From contig SMSO01000008.1 in the NCBI GenBank assembly GCA_004764695.1, positions 930,001 to 994,000 on the forward strand: 64,000 bases of DNA, in the 5' to 3' direction. Positions 24,015 to 35,525 of this stretch are shown here, in pieces; the stretch's first letter is position 1, and every line of letters begins with the position of its first letter. The notes below the pieces were generated by a model. That model saw only the letters and a list, made by a program, of their open reading frames with translations, was not told the origin of the DNA and searched no databases. The stretch is from Schizochytrium sp. TIO01 (taxonomy: Eukaryota; Protista; Bigyra: Labyrinthulomycetes). The translations under genes were made by a program, and so were the position numbers.

Positions 24015-24905
24015 ATGGTATCCTCGATGTTGTGCTTGATGGGCGTCATCTTACTTGTGGCCGCTTGTGTCCCAGGAGATGCTAGAGAATCCTTACGCGC
24101 GGGCTATGTTGAAACTCAACTTGACGATGCCCCAGCGTGCTGGAGGGATGCGTCTTCGCGAGGCATGGGCCATTTTCCCAACGAATGCGCCGACGGCCTT
24201 GAGCAATCCGGGCTGCTCTGCTACCCGCCTTGCAATGCAACCTTTAGGTAAGTTCTTACGTCGGAAGTCGGGATGGTCGCAGTGATACTCAAGTTTATAA
24301 ATATCCTCAAAAAGTAGGGGTATTTGTGCGATGTAAGACAAAGCTTGACAGGATCTGATCACAGGATTTCCCAAACACAAGCAGATGATAGAAATGGAAA
24401 CTAATGACGACTTTGAAATTTTGTAAATTGTTTCTATGATTGCAGTGGCTTTGGACCCATCTGCTGGGAGGACTGCGAGGTTGGCGAGAAAGACGAAGGG
24501 GTATTCTGCCTTGGTCATAACCACTCTGTTCATGTGAAGCATTCTTATGGCCGAGGTCTCGGAGAACCGCTGCAATGTCCCGAGGACGAAGACCAAGATT
24601 GGTACACCTTTGGTTTGTGCTACCCTAAATGTGGAGAAGACGCAGAGGGTCTTGGGCCATTATGTTGGGATGAATGCAAAGGCAACTACCCAGCTACTGG
24701 TGGGCCACTCTGTTGCAAAAACCGTGGTCTTTGCCATTCAGAGCTATACAACCTCACAGTCAACTTGCCTATGCACATTGCGCAAGCCGTGATGGATGGC
24801 CGTGACATTACAAAGGAGATTCAAGATATGAAACAAGTGGTTGAGGATGTTCTTGGTTATGAGCTTCCCATGTGTCACAGTGTTTCACTCATGGAACAAT
24901 GGTGA
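24015..24905 (+). CDS. Secreted cysteine-rich repeat protein. Exons 24015-24247 and 24446-24905
   Basis: Hydrophobic signal peptide MVSSMLCLMGVILLVAAC. Intron 24248-24445 (GTAAGT...CTAAT...CAG) joins the frames. Two copies of xxRGxG-C-LCYPxC-GxGPxCWxxC. Confidence 0.8.
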
Positions 24906-25314
24906 TGCATTCCAACAATAAAAGCTTGTCACAGCCCTCTAGAGACAACTGAGCGGCTCTCGTCACTTCTAAGCTGCACAACTTTGCCAAGAAACTATAC
25001 ATACTAATACGAAACAACTCCATTCCAAATTAATAGAGTTGCTTAAAAGGTAAATATCTTGAAACTTACTTTGTGTGTTTGATTATTTGAAAGAAGGTTA
25101 TGCAGAATCTTTTCACCTCCTTCACTATTCTGCATATATTCTGCGCTAAAGCAAGTATGGGCAATTGAACAAGAATGCTTATTGTAGCTTTGGCATTCTA
25201 ATGAAGAAAGATAATTTTGAAAAATACAATATAAAGTGAGAATGATGATTATTTGGTTTAATTTGAAGCGTGAGCAGGGTTATCTAGGAAACACGAGGAA
25301 AATAAATGCTAGTT

Positions 25315-28300
25315 TTATGGAAGCAAGTCGTATGAACACTCTTTGATTGGCTCTTCCATATGGGCATCGGTGTTTTCATCGTTGGGGTTTTGCGCTGGAG
25401 CGACATTTTCCAACCCGTCAGGAAAGGCAGCAGACAATGTATCAGCGTAGTGTTGCTGCACCAACGCAAACGCCGCTGGAGAAATTTTCCAAAACGCCTG
25501 CGGCCGAGTCCAGCCCATCTTACTCAAAAGCTCTTCACAAGCGTCTTGCCAAGTGTAATGCTCTTCGAATTGCGGTATAAGAACGCAACGTTCAGCTTTA
25601 ATGGTTTCGCCTATCCACTCCAGAGACTTCACATGGCCCTTCTCGGCTACCTCCTTCATCATACGTGTAAGAGCAGCCTCGTGCCAGAAGGGTTTCGCCT
25701 CAGGGACATCTTCATGAAGCTGAAGTCGTTCAACCATGACGCGAATATCGGTTTCAGAACGATTGTTCTCCACCAACTCCGCTTCGCATGAAAGCATCTT
25801 ATAAACAGAATCAGGAAAGTCGCGAAGAAGTTGCGCAAAATTATCCACCAAAACGTCGCGCTCTTCCTTGGACCAAACAGGCGCGGAGTTACCAGGGTTA
25901 GCAGGCGTAGATCTCCGCTTCTTTACATTCCCACTGAAGCCCACATTATCAAGGTCAGCCTCCATTTCGCCCTCACTACTGCTTAGATCAGCATCGTCAT
26001 GGCGTTTGTCAGCCTTACGCAACCGGTTGCGACTATTGCCCTTGACCTTGCGGCGTTTACGGAGTTTCTTTACTACCTTACGAACAGTACGCTTGGCTGG
26101 CTTCGAGATTGAACCATCAGCACCTTCGCCAAGCTCATTTTCGCTATCAGAAACCTCCTCCTCAACCTCAACTTCTTCTTCGTAACTTTCGTAGCCGTTG
26201 TCTTCATCGTCATCATCATCGTCATCGCTATAGTACTTGGATTTACTACGACGGCGCTCAGCACGACGACGCTCCTTTTCTTCTTCACGACGGCGCCGGC
26301 GTTCATCACGAAGGCGTGCACGACGGTCATCAGGATCTTCGTAATGCCACATCATTTGCTCATTTTCTGCTCGTGAACGCCAGAAGAGAATCTCAGCAAA
26401 CGCAAGTCGGTTAGAGGCCGCATGCACGAAAAAGTCAGATATAATCTGCCGCAGAATCTCACAAAGGTGTGGGCGTGAATTCTTGTATTCACGAAGCGCA
26501 CGTACGTACACACCAAAAAGAGCAATATGCCACAGTGCAGATGGGTTGTTAAACCGTGCAGCTTCGGTGTAGAATTTAGGCACAACTTCATCTTGAAGGA
26601 ACATGAGTTGAGCCTCACTTACAAAGCCAGGAACACGAGCAGGGTCAATAAGAACACTGAGGTTCTCCAAAATACTGTTGAGTGCAAATTTACGCACTAT
26701 AGAGTCCAACTTGAGCTCGTGCTCAGTATCCTGGGCAATGAGCCTCTGACGATGCTCTTCCATCCGGCGCTCTTCTTCGTCCTGCTCTGCAACTTGTGCG
26801 GCTTCTTCGTCCTCGCCAGGGGCACCATGTTCTGCTTCGTAGGCGATGAAATCTGTGATCGTGTCTAACTTTTGCTCCTTCATGATTGAGTCAACATACT
26901 TCCAGCGGTGAAACAGCATGCTGCTGTTTCGCGAGTTATCAAAGATAGGGCCTAATGTTTCATCCTTGAGCGCCTTTCGGAAACTGCCAGCACTTCCATC
27001 GCCAAATTGCTTGACAACCTCAACGAGTGCCAAGGTTTCATCTGTGGACCAATCGGAGCCCATGAGTCGAACAGCTGCATTGGTTTTGCTACCTCCACCG
27101 GAAGCATCTGCAGCAGAGATTTGCCTGCCTCCACGTCTCTTTCCACGTACTACAACGCGCTCATCATCCATTTGGGCCATGATCTGTAACATAGAAGTAC
27201 TCATGGTGGCCATGTGTGCCATGTTGAGCCATGATGAAGAGTTAGGGTCCCACTGACGCATGTATCGAGGGACAAGCTCCCAGTGAGATGAATCATAAAA
27301 GACGCTGTTACGAAGGCGAACACAGAACGCGTGATCTTCCTCATCTTCTCCCTTAAGCATAAGCTCAAGGAGTTGAACCATTGAACTCAACATGCGCAAC
27401 GAATTTTGTAGCTCACGAAACCGCTTGTTGGTTTCGTGTTGTTCACAACTACTAATGAGGAAATGAAAGGTCCACACATCCATTGTGGCCAACAGCGGGG
27501 AGTTACGCCATGTCAGGTTTGTAAGGTTTGCTTCCTTCTCCCGGCGTCGGCACTCAAATGCCATACAAAGACCAGCTAGCCAAACAAATTGATAATGATC
27601 AGTTTGAAGCACACGATGGTCATCGCGGCGAAAGTCCTGCTTCAAAGCTTTAAATAGAGGACCATAGCATCGATCGATCATTTCTTGACAAAGATCTCGT
27701 TGTACACGGCGCATACGACGGCTTGCAGTTATAGAGCGTACATCATTGCCCATGACGTGAACATCATGAGCCTGAGCCAGATCTGTGTCCTTTTTACGCC
27801 GGTTGGGCTTGTTCATCGCACCAGCTTTTGCACCAAGGGAACCATTCATGCTGCTTACAGAGTTGCCGGCTAGTTCGAAGGCACTGGACAATACACCTTG
27901 ACCCGAAGATGTTCCACTAAGTTTAAGTTTACCACCAAATCGTGAATGGCGAGAGGAGAGAGCTTTATTTGCCTGAACTCGTTTGGCACGCATTTTCAGA
28001 TGAAGAGATTTCAGAGGGTCCATTGCATCCGTACTTTTGTTGTTGTCAGAAGCTGCACCTATAGGAGATACATTGTTTTCGGTGGACTCATTTTCTTGCG
28101 TCGCGCTAGCTCTATTCGTATTGTTGTTGCTGCTGCCGCTCTGTACCAAGTTAAACAAATCTTCAGCCTCCGCTCCACGAAAGATCTGGTAAAAAATCTC
28201 CAAAAGAATAAAGTTCCAGTCACGGTTATTTTCAGTACCAACGTACTCACCGAGAAAGAGAATCATGTCAAAGATGGACTCCTTTTGTAACATAATGATG

Positions 28301-29112
28301 AAGTCCTCATGCAGGTTGAGCAAGTGGGCATTCTTAGACGATCCAGACTTGTTGAGCTGCATATCAGGAACAGCAAGAAGGTTTCGCAGAAACCATAGCA
28401 GCAACTCAACCACAAGCTTGTCTTCCTTCTTACGGGCACTACTCGGAGTTGCACTGTTGGCAAGAGGTTGCTCAATAAGACGCATAAAAGCTTGCAAAGC
28501 GCCTGGCTTGAGCAGCTCTGACTTAAATTGTTGCAGGTGAAATACGCGTTTTGCGCGGCTTTCGCCCTTGTCTGCAGAACCAACCGGCATTGTTAACTGC
28601 ACCGCAACTTTCGTTGCCTCAACGAGGACCTTATCATCACGCTCTGTCGAACACGTCTTGGCAAGAGGTACAAGAAAGTTGCGGAAGATGCGCAACTCAC
28701 CCAGCAGCACCGCCGTGTGATTTTTATCAGTGCGTGTATCCTCATTCAGTTCTTTGCGCAGCCGCTTGAGTGATTTCAAACAGGTTTCGTCATTGCGCAA
28801 GAACTTTCGTCCTTTGTTGGTCTCTCTGTAGCCCGTAGATCACCACCGCAGGTATATAGATACGAACAAACGTTAGAACGAGGTCGTTAGTTACTGTTTT
28901 AGGTGCTTTTGCAAGTCGATGTGATCTGACTTGACTTGTCTTTTCGGCGTGTCAAAGTTGAAACCAACCTTTTTCTCTCCATTCACTTACATAAAAGTAC
29001 CCAAGCCCGTGCAAAGGTTCATGCAGTAGGCCTTGTCCTCACCATGCATCTTCGCGCCCCGCGCCGCAGGCGGCGCAGGGCGTGCCGAAAGCCGAGGAGC
29101 TCCCGCAGACAT
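25315..29112 (-). CDS. TIMELESS: Timeless/Tof1/Swi1 replication-fork protection protein. Exons 29112 (or 29049)-28991 and 28825-25315
   Basis: Intron 28990-28826 gives NLCTGLGTFIETNKGRKFLRNDETCLKSLKRLRKEL. Family motifs VQLTMP, LRNLLAVPD, LLEIF, SSRHSRFGG, EILFW; C-terminal Myb-like segment (WSKEERDVL) and PAB-like tail (LEWI...LIP...FWKI). Confidence 0.88.
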
Positions 29113-29847
29113 CGTCACCGACGACGCTTCTTGCGAGCGCCTCCAATCGCCGTCTTTAACGTGCTCTGGGTTTCTTGGATGAAGAATTGCTGTCAAACCC
29201 AAACTAGCTTTCACTTGTTGTCTTCAACTCAACTTCTTGCGACGGTAGTTAGACCTTCAAGTTAAAAAAAGAGAGCGCTAAAGACCTCCTAACGCTAATA
29301 GTGTTATAAACACCGCAACTCTTTTTGTGGTGGTTGGTCAAAGGTGACTTGATATTTTCTTTTTTTTATAATTCTACCTGTACCTCGTACATATTAAAAA
29401 AAGAGAAAAAGAAAAAGGATTGGAAACACGGACCTAACTCGGCTAACCAGTGGTCTTCAAATTCGTTTTTGGTGTTTTCTATGGTTTTTAATTTCGGTTG
29501 AGAATCGTGCGTGGTATTGTTTTGAAGACATACTGTTAAATTCAGGCTCTTAATGGTTTTGATTAGGCCAAGGCTCATAGCGTCAAATTGTGATAATAGG
29601 AAACACTTTTTTCAATCATGATGGGAGCTCTGTTTTTTACACAAGCTTTATGGGTTGAGCTCCGAATAACTCGGAACAAGGAATAATGGCCCGAGCTTCA
29701 GCTATAACACATCGAATAAAAACAATTGCAACAATAACATTCCTGGTGGACATGCAATAATCATAGAATTCAGTGATGTGGTATGTTTAACTATTTTATT
29801 GTTCGAAAATCGATGATTAGACAGACTAAGTTCGTTACTAGTATTTA

Positions 29848-31947
29848 TTATTGAGCTTTGCGAGTAGCAATAGGTGCTGCGGGACTCGGGGGTGTAGGAA
29901 CATAGTCTGGGTGAAGCAGTTCTAAGGAGTCAACATTGTGTCTATCATCAGAACTAATCTTCTCGCTAGAGAGAAGAAGGTCTTCTTTCATAATTAAAGT
30001 GAAAAGTTCCGGGCTATGTCGACCAGTTGCGCTATTACCTTTAACAAGGCCGAGATCCTCCAGGTCACGTAGAGCAGGTTTCGGATCAAACATGTGCATG
30101 TTGTGAGGATATTTCTGCTCAAAGACATTCTTGCATTGAAGAATGATATCGTCCATAGTAGATGGAACATTTGGATTGTCTTGTTGAAGCTCGACAAGAG
30201 CGAGATAAACTACAGCAGCCTCCTTGGTAGCTTGGTCGAGAGCGTCTAAGCCAATACTGCCAATGCTTGCGGTACCTGATGCTACCACATTATCGAAGAA
30301 GAAAGCATTGGTTAATGAGCTGTAGTAGGCCCATGACATATACATTCGAGACAGGACACGGACAAGGTAGGAGCTTGAAGCAACCACACCAGCAACCCAG
30401 GCCGGTGAAGCGGAGAAGTCGTCGGCGAGCACAGGGACCATGACTGCAACGCCGATTGCTGACATGAGACCAAAACGCAGGCGGTCCATGACAGACATGT
30501 ATACCTGTTTCTCAGGGAAGAGAAGCTCAATGTCCGACATGGGTACATCACGGTACTGGCGGATATGTATGTTGGTTTTGTTGGCGTACTGAGGTAAAAG
30601 ATCACGATCATTACGACGAAAGCTCAGAGCAGTGTCTACTCCAATAACCTTTGGTGCGTTAGGTTTAGCCTCACGGTAAATGACCACCATGTCCTTGTAT
30701 GTAACTTCTTGGAGGGTAACATAAGTTAAAAGATTCCAAGGCGTGAATGCCTTCTCCGCGAGCGTGATGCGTGCAGCGACAGCTTGGTCAAGTGCAACGT
30801 CTTTAACAGTGGCGGTGCTACTCGACTGACGTTGCATACCTGTGACAGGATTTGCAACATGATCTACATCCGTTGCCGCAGGATGCTGTGCATTTACCCG
30901 TTCGGTGTTTGCAGCGTGTGAGTTGGCAACAGAGGTTTGCTCTGTGGGTTCTGATGGAAGCTGCACCGCTACATCGACTTTCTTATGCTCTGGGGCGGAG
31001 AGTTGTGAAATACGAAGGCGAAGCATGCGATCAAGAACGCCAAGTGTGCCTCTGTGAGCAGCTCGGGAGACCTTACCAAGTTGTGTGAGGACTTGCTGAG
31101 GTATATGTGACAAAGCGTTTTCCCCAAGCGGGCGTACAACTTCTGTTGTTCGCTCGATCGACGACCTCTGTAGCTCACGGATCTTGCGCCCTACAGCTCG
31201 GCTAAACAGAAGAAACTGCGCATGAAAGATTTGGTACATGATGAGAGCAGTTCTTCGGATGACTTCGTCCATTTTCTCGCCAAAGAATAACCGCGTGGTC
31301 CGGTCCATCCCGACACCGCGATGGAAAACAAGGGCGTAGTTTGCCTCTTTAGGCATCTTCACCTTGCCTTTGGCGTTATTTCCGCTAGTTGCCCATGCCG
31401 GATCTAGATATAACTTGTTGGCCACATTCTGTACAAGTTTGCCATCAAGTGTGCTCCAACGAACGCGCGTGGGGATAGAGAAGCCGTAGGAGTTATCTTT
31501 TGCGTACTTCCACTCTTCCTCAGATACCAAATGGTAGCCTCCCCTGCATAGATAATCAGCGAGGGAGTTAAGGAACCTGTCCTCGTCGGCTTTACCTGTT
31601 CCTGGGATGCGGTCGGGGTCTCGTGAAGTCAGAGATGGGTCAAACCCTGTGTCAAATTTTTCACACAGGTGATGTGCTTCTCCAAGAATGCGGCTGCCAA
31701 GGCGACCGTCAAGTCTTTTCATGAGGGTCTTGAACTCAGTTCTTCGATCTCCGCCAACCCATGCCAGATCTCCATTGGTTTCGCTGCGTTCTCGGAGTTG
31801 AGGTGGAACGAAAGGCACGAAGATGGGTTTGTCCATAGGTCTCCGTGTGGTGGCCGTGACATATCTCCATGACAAGAGATCTAGAAAAACTTCTTTTCGC
31901 GTGGCGATCTCGCGTCGCCGTCGACCGAGGAGTAGTTTGCTCGCCAT
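29848..31947 (-). CDS. DUF3754 / TMEM143-like membrane protein
   Basis: LVFHRGVG, TLQEVTYKDMVVIYR and IHIRQYRDVPMSDIELLFPEK followed by two hydrophobic segments and QATKEAAVVY match the family pattern as I recall it. Arg-rich N-terminus suggests organelle targeting. Confidence 0.7.
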   Translation of the reverse strand: MASKLLLGRRRREIATRKEVFLDLLSWRYVTATTRRPMDKPIFVPFVPPQLRERSETNGDLAWVGGDRRTEFKTLMKRLDGRLGSRILGEAHHLCEKFDTGFDPSLTSRDPDRIPGTGKADEDRFLNSLADYLCRGGYHLVSEEEWKYAKDNSYGFSIPTRVRWSTLDGKLVQNVANKLYLDPAWATSGNNAKGKVKMPKEANYALVFHRGVGMDRTTRLFFGEKMDEVIRRTALIMYQIFHAQFLLFSRAVGRKIRELQRSSIERTTEVVRPLGENALSHIPQQVLTQLGKVSRAAHRGTLGVLDRMLRLRISQLSAPEHKKVDVAVQLPSEPTEQTSVANSHAANTERVNAQHPAATDVDHVANPVTGMQRQSSSTATVKDVALDQAVAARITLAEKAFTPWNLLTYVTLQEVTYKDMVVIYREAKPNAPKVIGVDTALSFRRNDRDLLPQYANKTNIHIRQYRDVPMSDIELLFPEKQVYMSVMDRLRFGLMSAIGVAVMVPVLADDFSASPAWVAGVVASSSYLVRVLSRMYMSWAYYSSLTNAFFFDNVVASGTASIGSIGLDALDQATKEAAVVYLALVELQQDNPNVPSTMDDIILQCKNVFEQKYPHNMHMFDPKPALRDLEDLGLVKGNSATGRHSPELFTLIMKEDLLLSSEKISSDDRHNVDSLELLHPDYVPTPPSPAAPIATRKAQ

Positions 31948-34481
31948 GGCGGTAGACACTGACTTTTGAGGTTTGCAGTAATTTTTGTCAAAACCTCAAG
32001 AAACAACTTAATCGATGAGGCTCTCACGAACTGGCCTCGGATGTCCACGAAACGTCTCAAGGACGTCTAATATCGTTGTGAGATTAATAAATGGGTGGCC
32101 TCGTCCCGGCTGAGACCTTTGAAAAGTTGTTTAGACCTGTCTGTGTAGGTAGATCAACACAGGTTGAGGTATATAAGATCCCCGGACGAAGTGAATGATG
32201 ATTCACTTTTGCTCAGGCTGATTCTGAGTGACACTACTAGTAATTTACTGTAACAACGTCCTAGTCACTTATGTAGTAGTAGTACCAAGGTAGGTAGTCT
32301 TTTGCGAATAATTTGGTCGAGAATCGCGAGGATTAGAATGCATATATATCAACTTCACTTCAAATTGGCGTGAAGATCAAATCAAACAGTTTCGATACCA
32401 ACTCTCAATACGAACGATAGAAGCTCTCGTGATGCAGGGAGTAGTGAAGCAACAGCGATAATATTAGGAGCCAAAGTATAAGGTGGGTGGGGCATGCAAG
32501 AAAAAGGTTCATGAAGTTGAGACTAGTGTAGACAGGACAAATTAGAAACACACAAACAGATTCATACAAACGAGAGCGATAGAGCGGGCAAAAACTTTGA
32601 GTATTTATCAAACTCTAGACTTTCATGCTTCATTTCCACATGAAATGACCAGATCGACTGAGAGAGGGTAGCGAGATGTGTAGCTTTCTTTAAAAGACTA
32701 CTTCTTTGTGCAACATACGTTCTCATTCTGCCGCTTCTGGTGAAAAGGCAGAATTGTCTTTTCTAACCAGGTCTTTAAATTAAGAGGTTTCTTCTCACAA
32801 TGATGACAGTACAGTCTCTAGAACGATGATTTACAATGGATCATAATTCGCTTTAGTCATGATCTGCATTCCCGGGTTCCCAAAGCCCAAGCTCCGAAAG
32901 ACTCAAGGTATCAACTAAGTGTTGTTGTGGGTGTTAAACATAGGAGGATTAAGACACAATCGTAGTACAATCGTAGTAAGTACTACGTAGACGGCGCATA
33001 CGAAGGTATTCCTAGGTGGTAACTATTTCTCCACTAGCCAAGTACACACCATACATTATAACTATGCTGACAATCTGCTTGATTTGATTTAGATTCTTCA
33101 AAATAAGGATATGATAATATGCTAAGCATTTGGAATAGTGCAAGCCACCTCGGAGCTATTGTGGCTGCACAACAACCCGGTTGCTGCTTTCTATTCTGCT
33201 ATTGAAGCTTAATCTGGCTGTCAAGGTCACCTCATGTTTTTGGTACAGAACTGTTGTGCTTGGGCTTCATTGATAATACAATTCAACGTTCGCCTACATG
33301 AAGGTTATGCAACTTTCATGTCCTCTTTTGGCTTTCACATCATTTACATTGAATAAAATGAAGCTATCCTTGCTCCTGTCATTGCCTATCATGGTATATA
33401 CTTCTTCTTATCTCTCGTTGATTATGATATCCACCTTCCGAGAAGTTTGTGTTTTGATTGTATTAACTACGCTCGTCGTCCCGTTTGCTAAGTTACTGGT
33501 TCAATCAATTCGATGCCTCCCATATTGAATTAGGTCATCCCTAAACCTTCATTCGTTATGACTTATCTATGCCGTCGGTTGTTTTGCAGGGAGGTTAGTC
33601 TTTTCCTTTTCTTCTAGAGCAACTCTTGAAATCCCGAATGGCATTTGTACTTATGTAGCACCTTCAGATCTTATAAATAGTGCTATTACTACCTTGTACT
33701 TTTTATTCTTATTCTACCCTAAAAATGATTTCTTCGACTCGAGTTTATTTCATTTCTGTTTAACAAAGAAAACAACACCAGTGGCCAAGCTATCTTTAAA
33801 ACAAGTTGTACAATTCGATCAGTTGGCCCATCAATTAGGGAGCTGCAGTGGCGGTTCTGAAAGGCACAGACGTCAATTTTCACAGTCGATCATCTTAGCT
33901 CTTGGTCAATCCAAACTTACTTCGCCTCCAGTAAATACGGCTTATTCATTCTCCAGAGGGGTACTAACCACCACGATCTCTCTCTCACAATGCTGCAGCA
34001 ATTGCTTTCTGCACAACCCATTTTACATTCCGTTCCATCTTTAATTAGAACGATATGAACGTCGTTCCGTATGGTTCTTCCATATCAATTTAGCATGGCG
34101 CTCTCTCACCATCCATCCGCTCACCCTCGCGTTGCTATTCTGCGCAAATCCATGAGTCAGCTGTGGCAGTAGCTAAGTGTTCTTCCAATGCCCCCTCTTT
34201 ACGTTGTTTATAATAGAGACCACGCTCCATAGGGGGTACACTGGGAGAGGGCGCCGTGTTTGGAGTCTGCTGCAGCAATCGATGTGGCATATGTGTCAGT
34301 CAGTCAGTCAGTCAGTCACTGAGTGGGCAGTAGTTATTTGAGGCCCGAAAGGCTCTTCTTCAATGAACGAAGCCTCTTCTGCGAAGTCAGCTGTGAGTTC
34401 CTTCAATAACAAGAGGCTGTCCGGAGGCTTTTCTTTCTCTGGAGCTAGCTCGAACGGGTGAAGAGAATGAGGGCGGCAGCA

Positions 34482-34518
34482 CCGCAAGTGGGTTATAGGC
34501 CCGCAAGTGGGTTATAGG
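34482..34518. promoter_or_regulatory. Tandem pair of the 18-bp motif CCGCAAGTGGGTTATAGG
   Basis: Perfect direct repeat at 34482-34499 and 34501-34518; the same core recurs at 57848-57865. Regulatory role is inferred. Confidence 0.4.
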
Positions 34519-35525
34519 AGAATACTCTACTGTAGGGAGGCTGTATAAGTCACTTTGGGGCCGCTGCGCTAGTTGGCTTATGGAGCAGTGAGCGCATTTG
34601 CTTTGCTCTCTTTCTGGTCCAACAAAGCGCTGCGAGGGTGAAACAAGAGCGGCGTCGAGCATAATTACGAGGCGTGCCAGCGAAAGCGAAGAGCGTGACT
34701 CTGGCCGCTGAGCTTGAGCAGCTTGGAGGACACCTTCGCCGAGAAGAAGCAGCTTCGAGCAACCTGAATCGTCGCTCCAGAATGAACGAAGGCTCAACTA
34801 CTAAAGGAGGTAAAGTATTTTTTTTTACGTATGTTTTTCATCGCAAAGAATTCTTTCTGATGTACTACAATGTATTTCTATTTATTTATCTGCATTCATT
34901 CCTCGCTATCGCTGACAGCTGCATTCGTTCTAAAGCAGGCTGGACCACCGCACCCTCCACGAGAGAGCGAGTGAGAGAGCGAGCACTCCCTTCTGCCATG
35001 TGATAAATGCGTCGGCAAAGGCTCTTTTCCGCATTGAGAGGTTTCTGTTCTCCTTTCGTTTGCCTCATTGATTATTGTGGTGTTTATCGTTGTTTGTGTC
35101 TGTGTTTAGTTGTTTACTAAAGGCTCTTTATCTCTGTTTGTCCACTGTATGGTGTTGGTTTGTTCTATAGTGCGGATTGTTTTCTCCATTGTTTCGCTTG
35201 GAGCTATAGTGGTTTATTCTGTGTTGCATACATAAATAAAATAAATAAACAAATAAATAAATAAGTAAGTAAATCAGTCATTTGGAGATTGTTTGTTTTC
35301 TCCTCTGCAGCTGACGGCCGCGAGCGCAAAGAAGAGGAAAGCGAGCGCAGAGACCTCGAACCAAAGCAAGCCGGCAGCGTCGCCTTCCTGGACTGTGCGG
35401 AAGCCTGATCCGGCCTATCTCTGTTGAGTCCGCGCCCGCGTGCTTTCTTCGCTCTCCTTCTTTGCTTTCGACTCGCCTTTCATTGGCGCTTGCTTTGCTT
35501 GGTCATCCATCCTCATCTCGCGACC

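Noticed and set aside
33120-33530. Minus-strand peptide NLANGTTSVV resembling a PIF1/Helitron helicase motif
   Set aside because: A single short motif among stops, with no other helicase motifs found.
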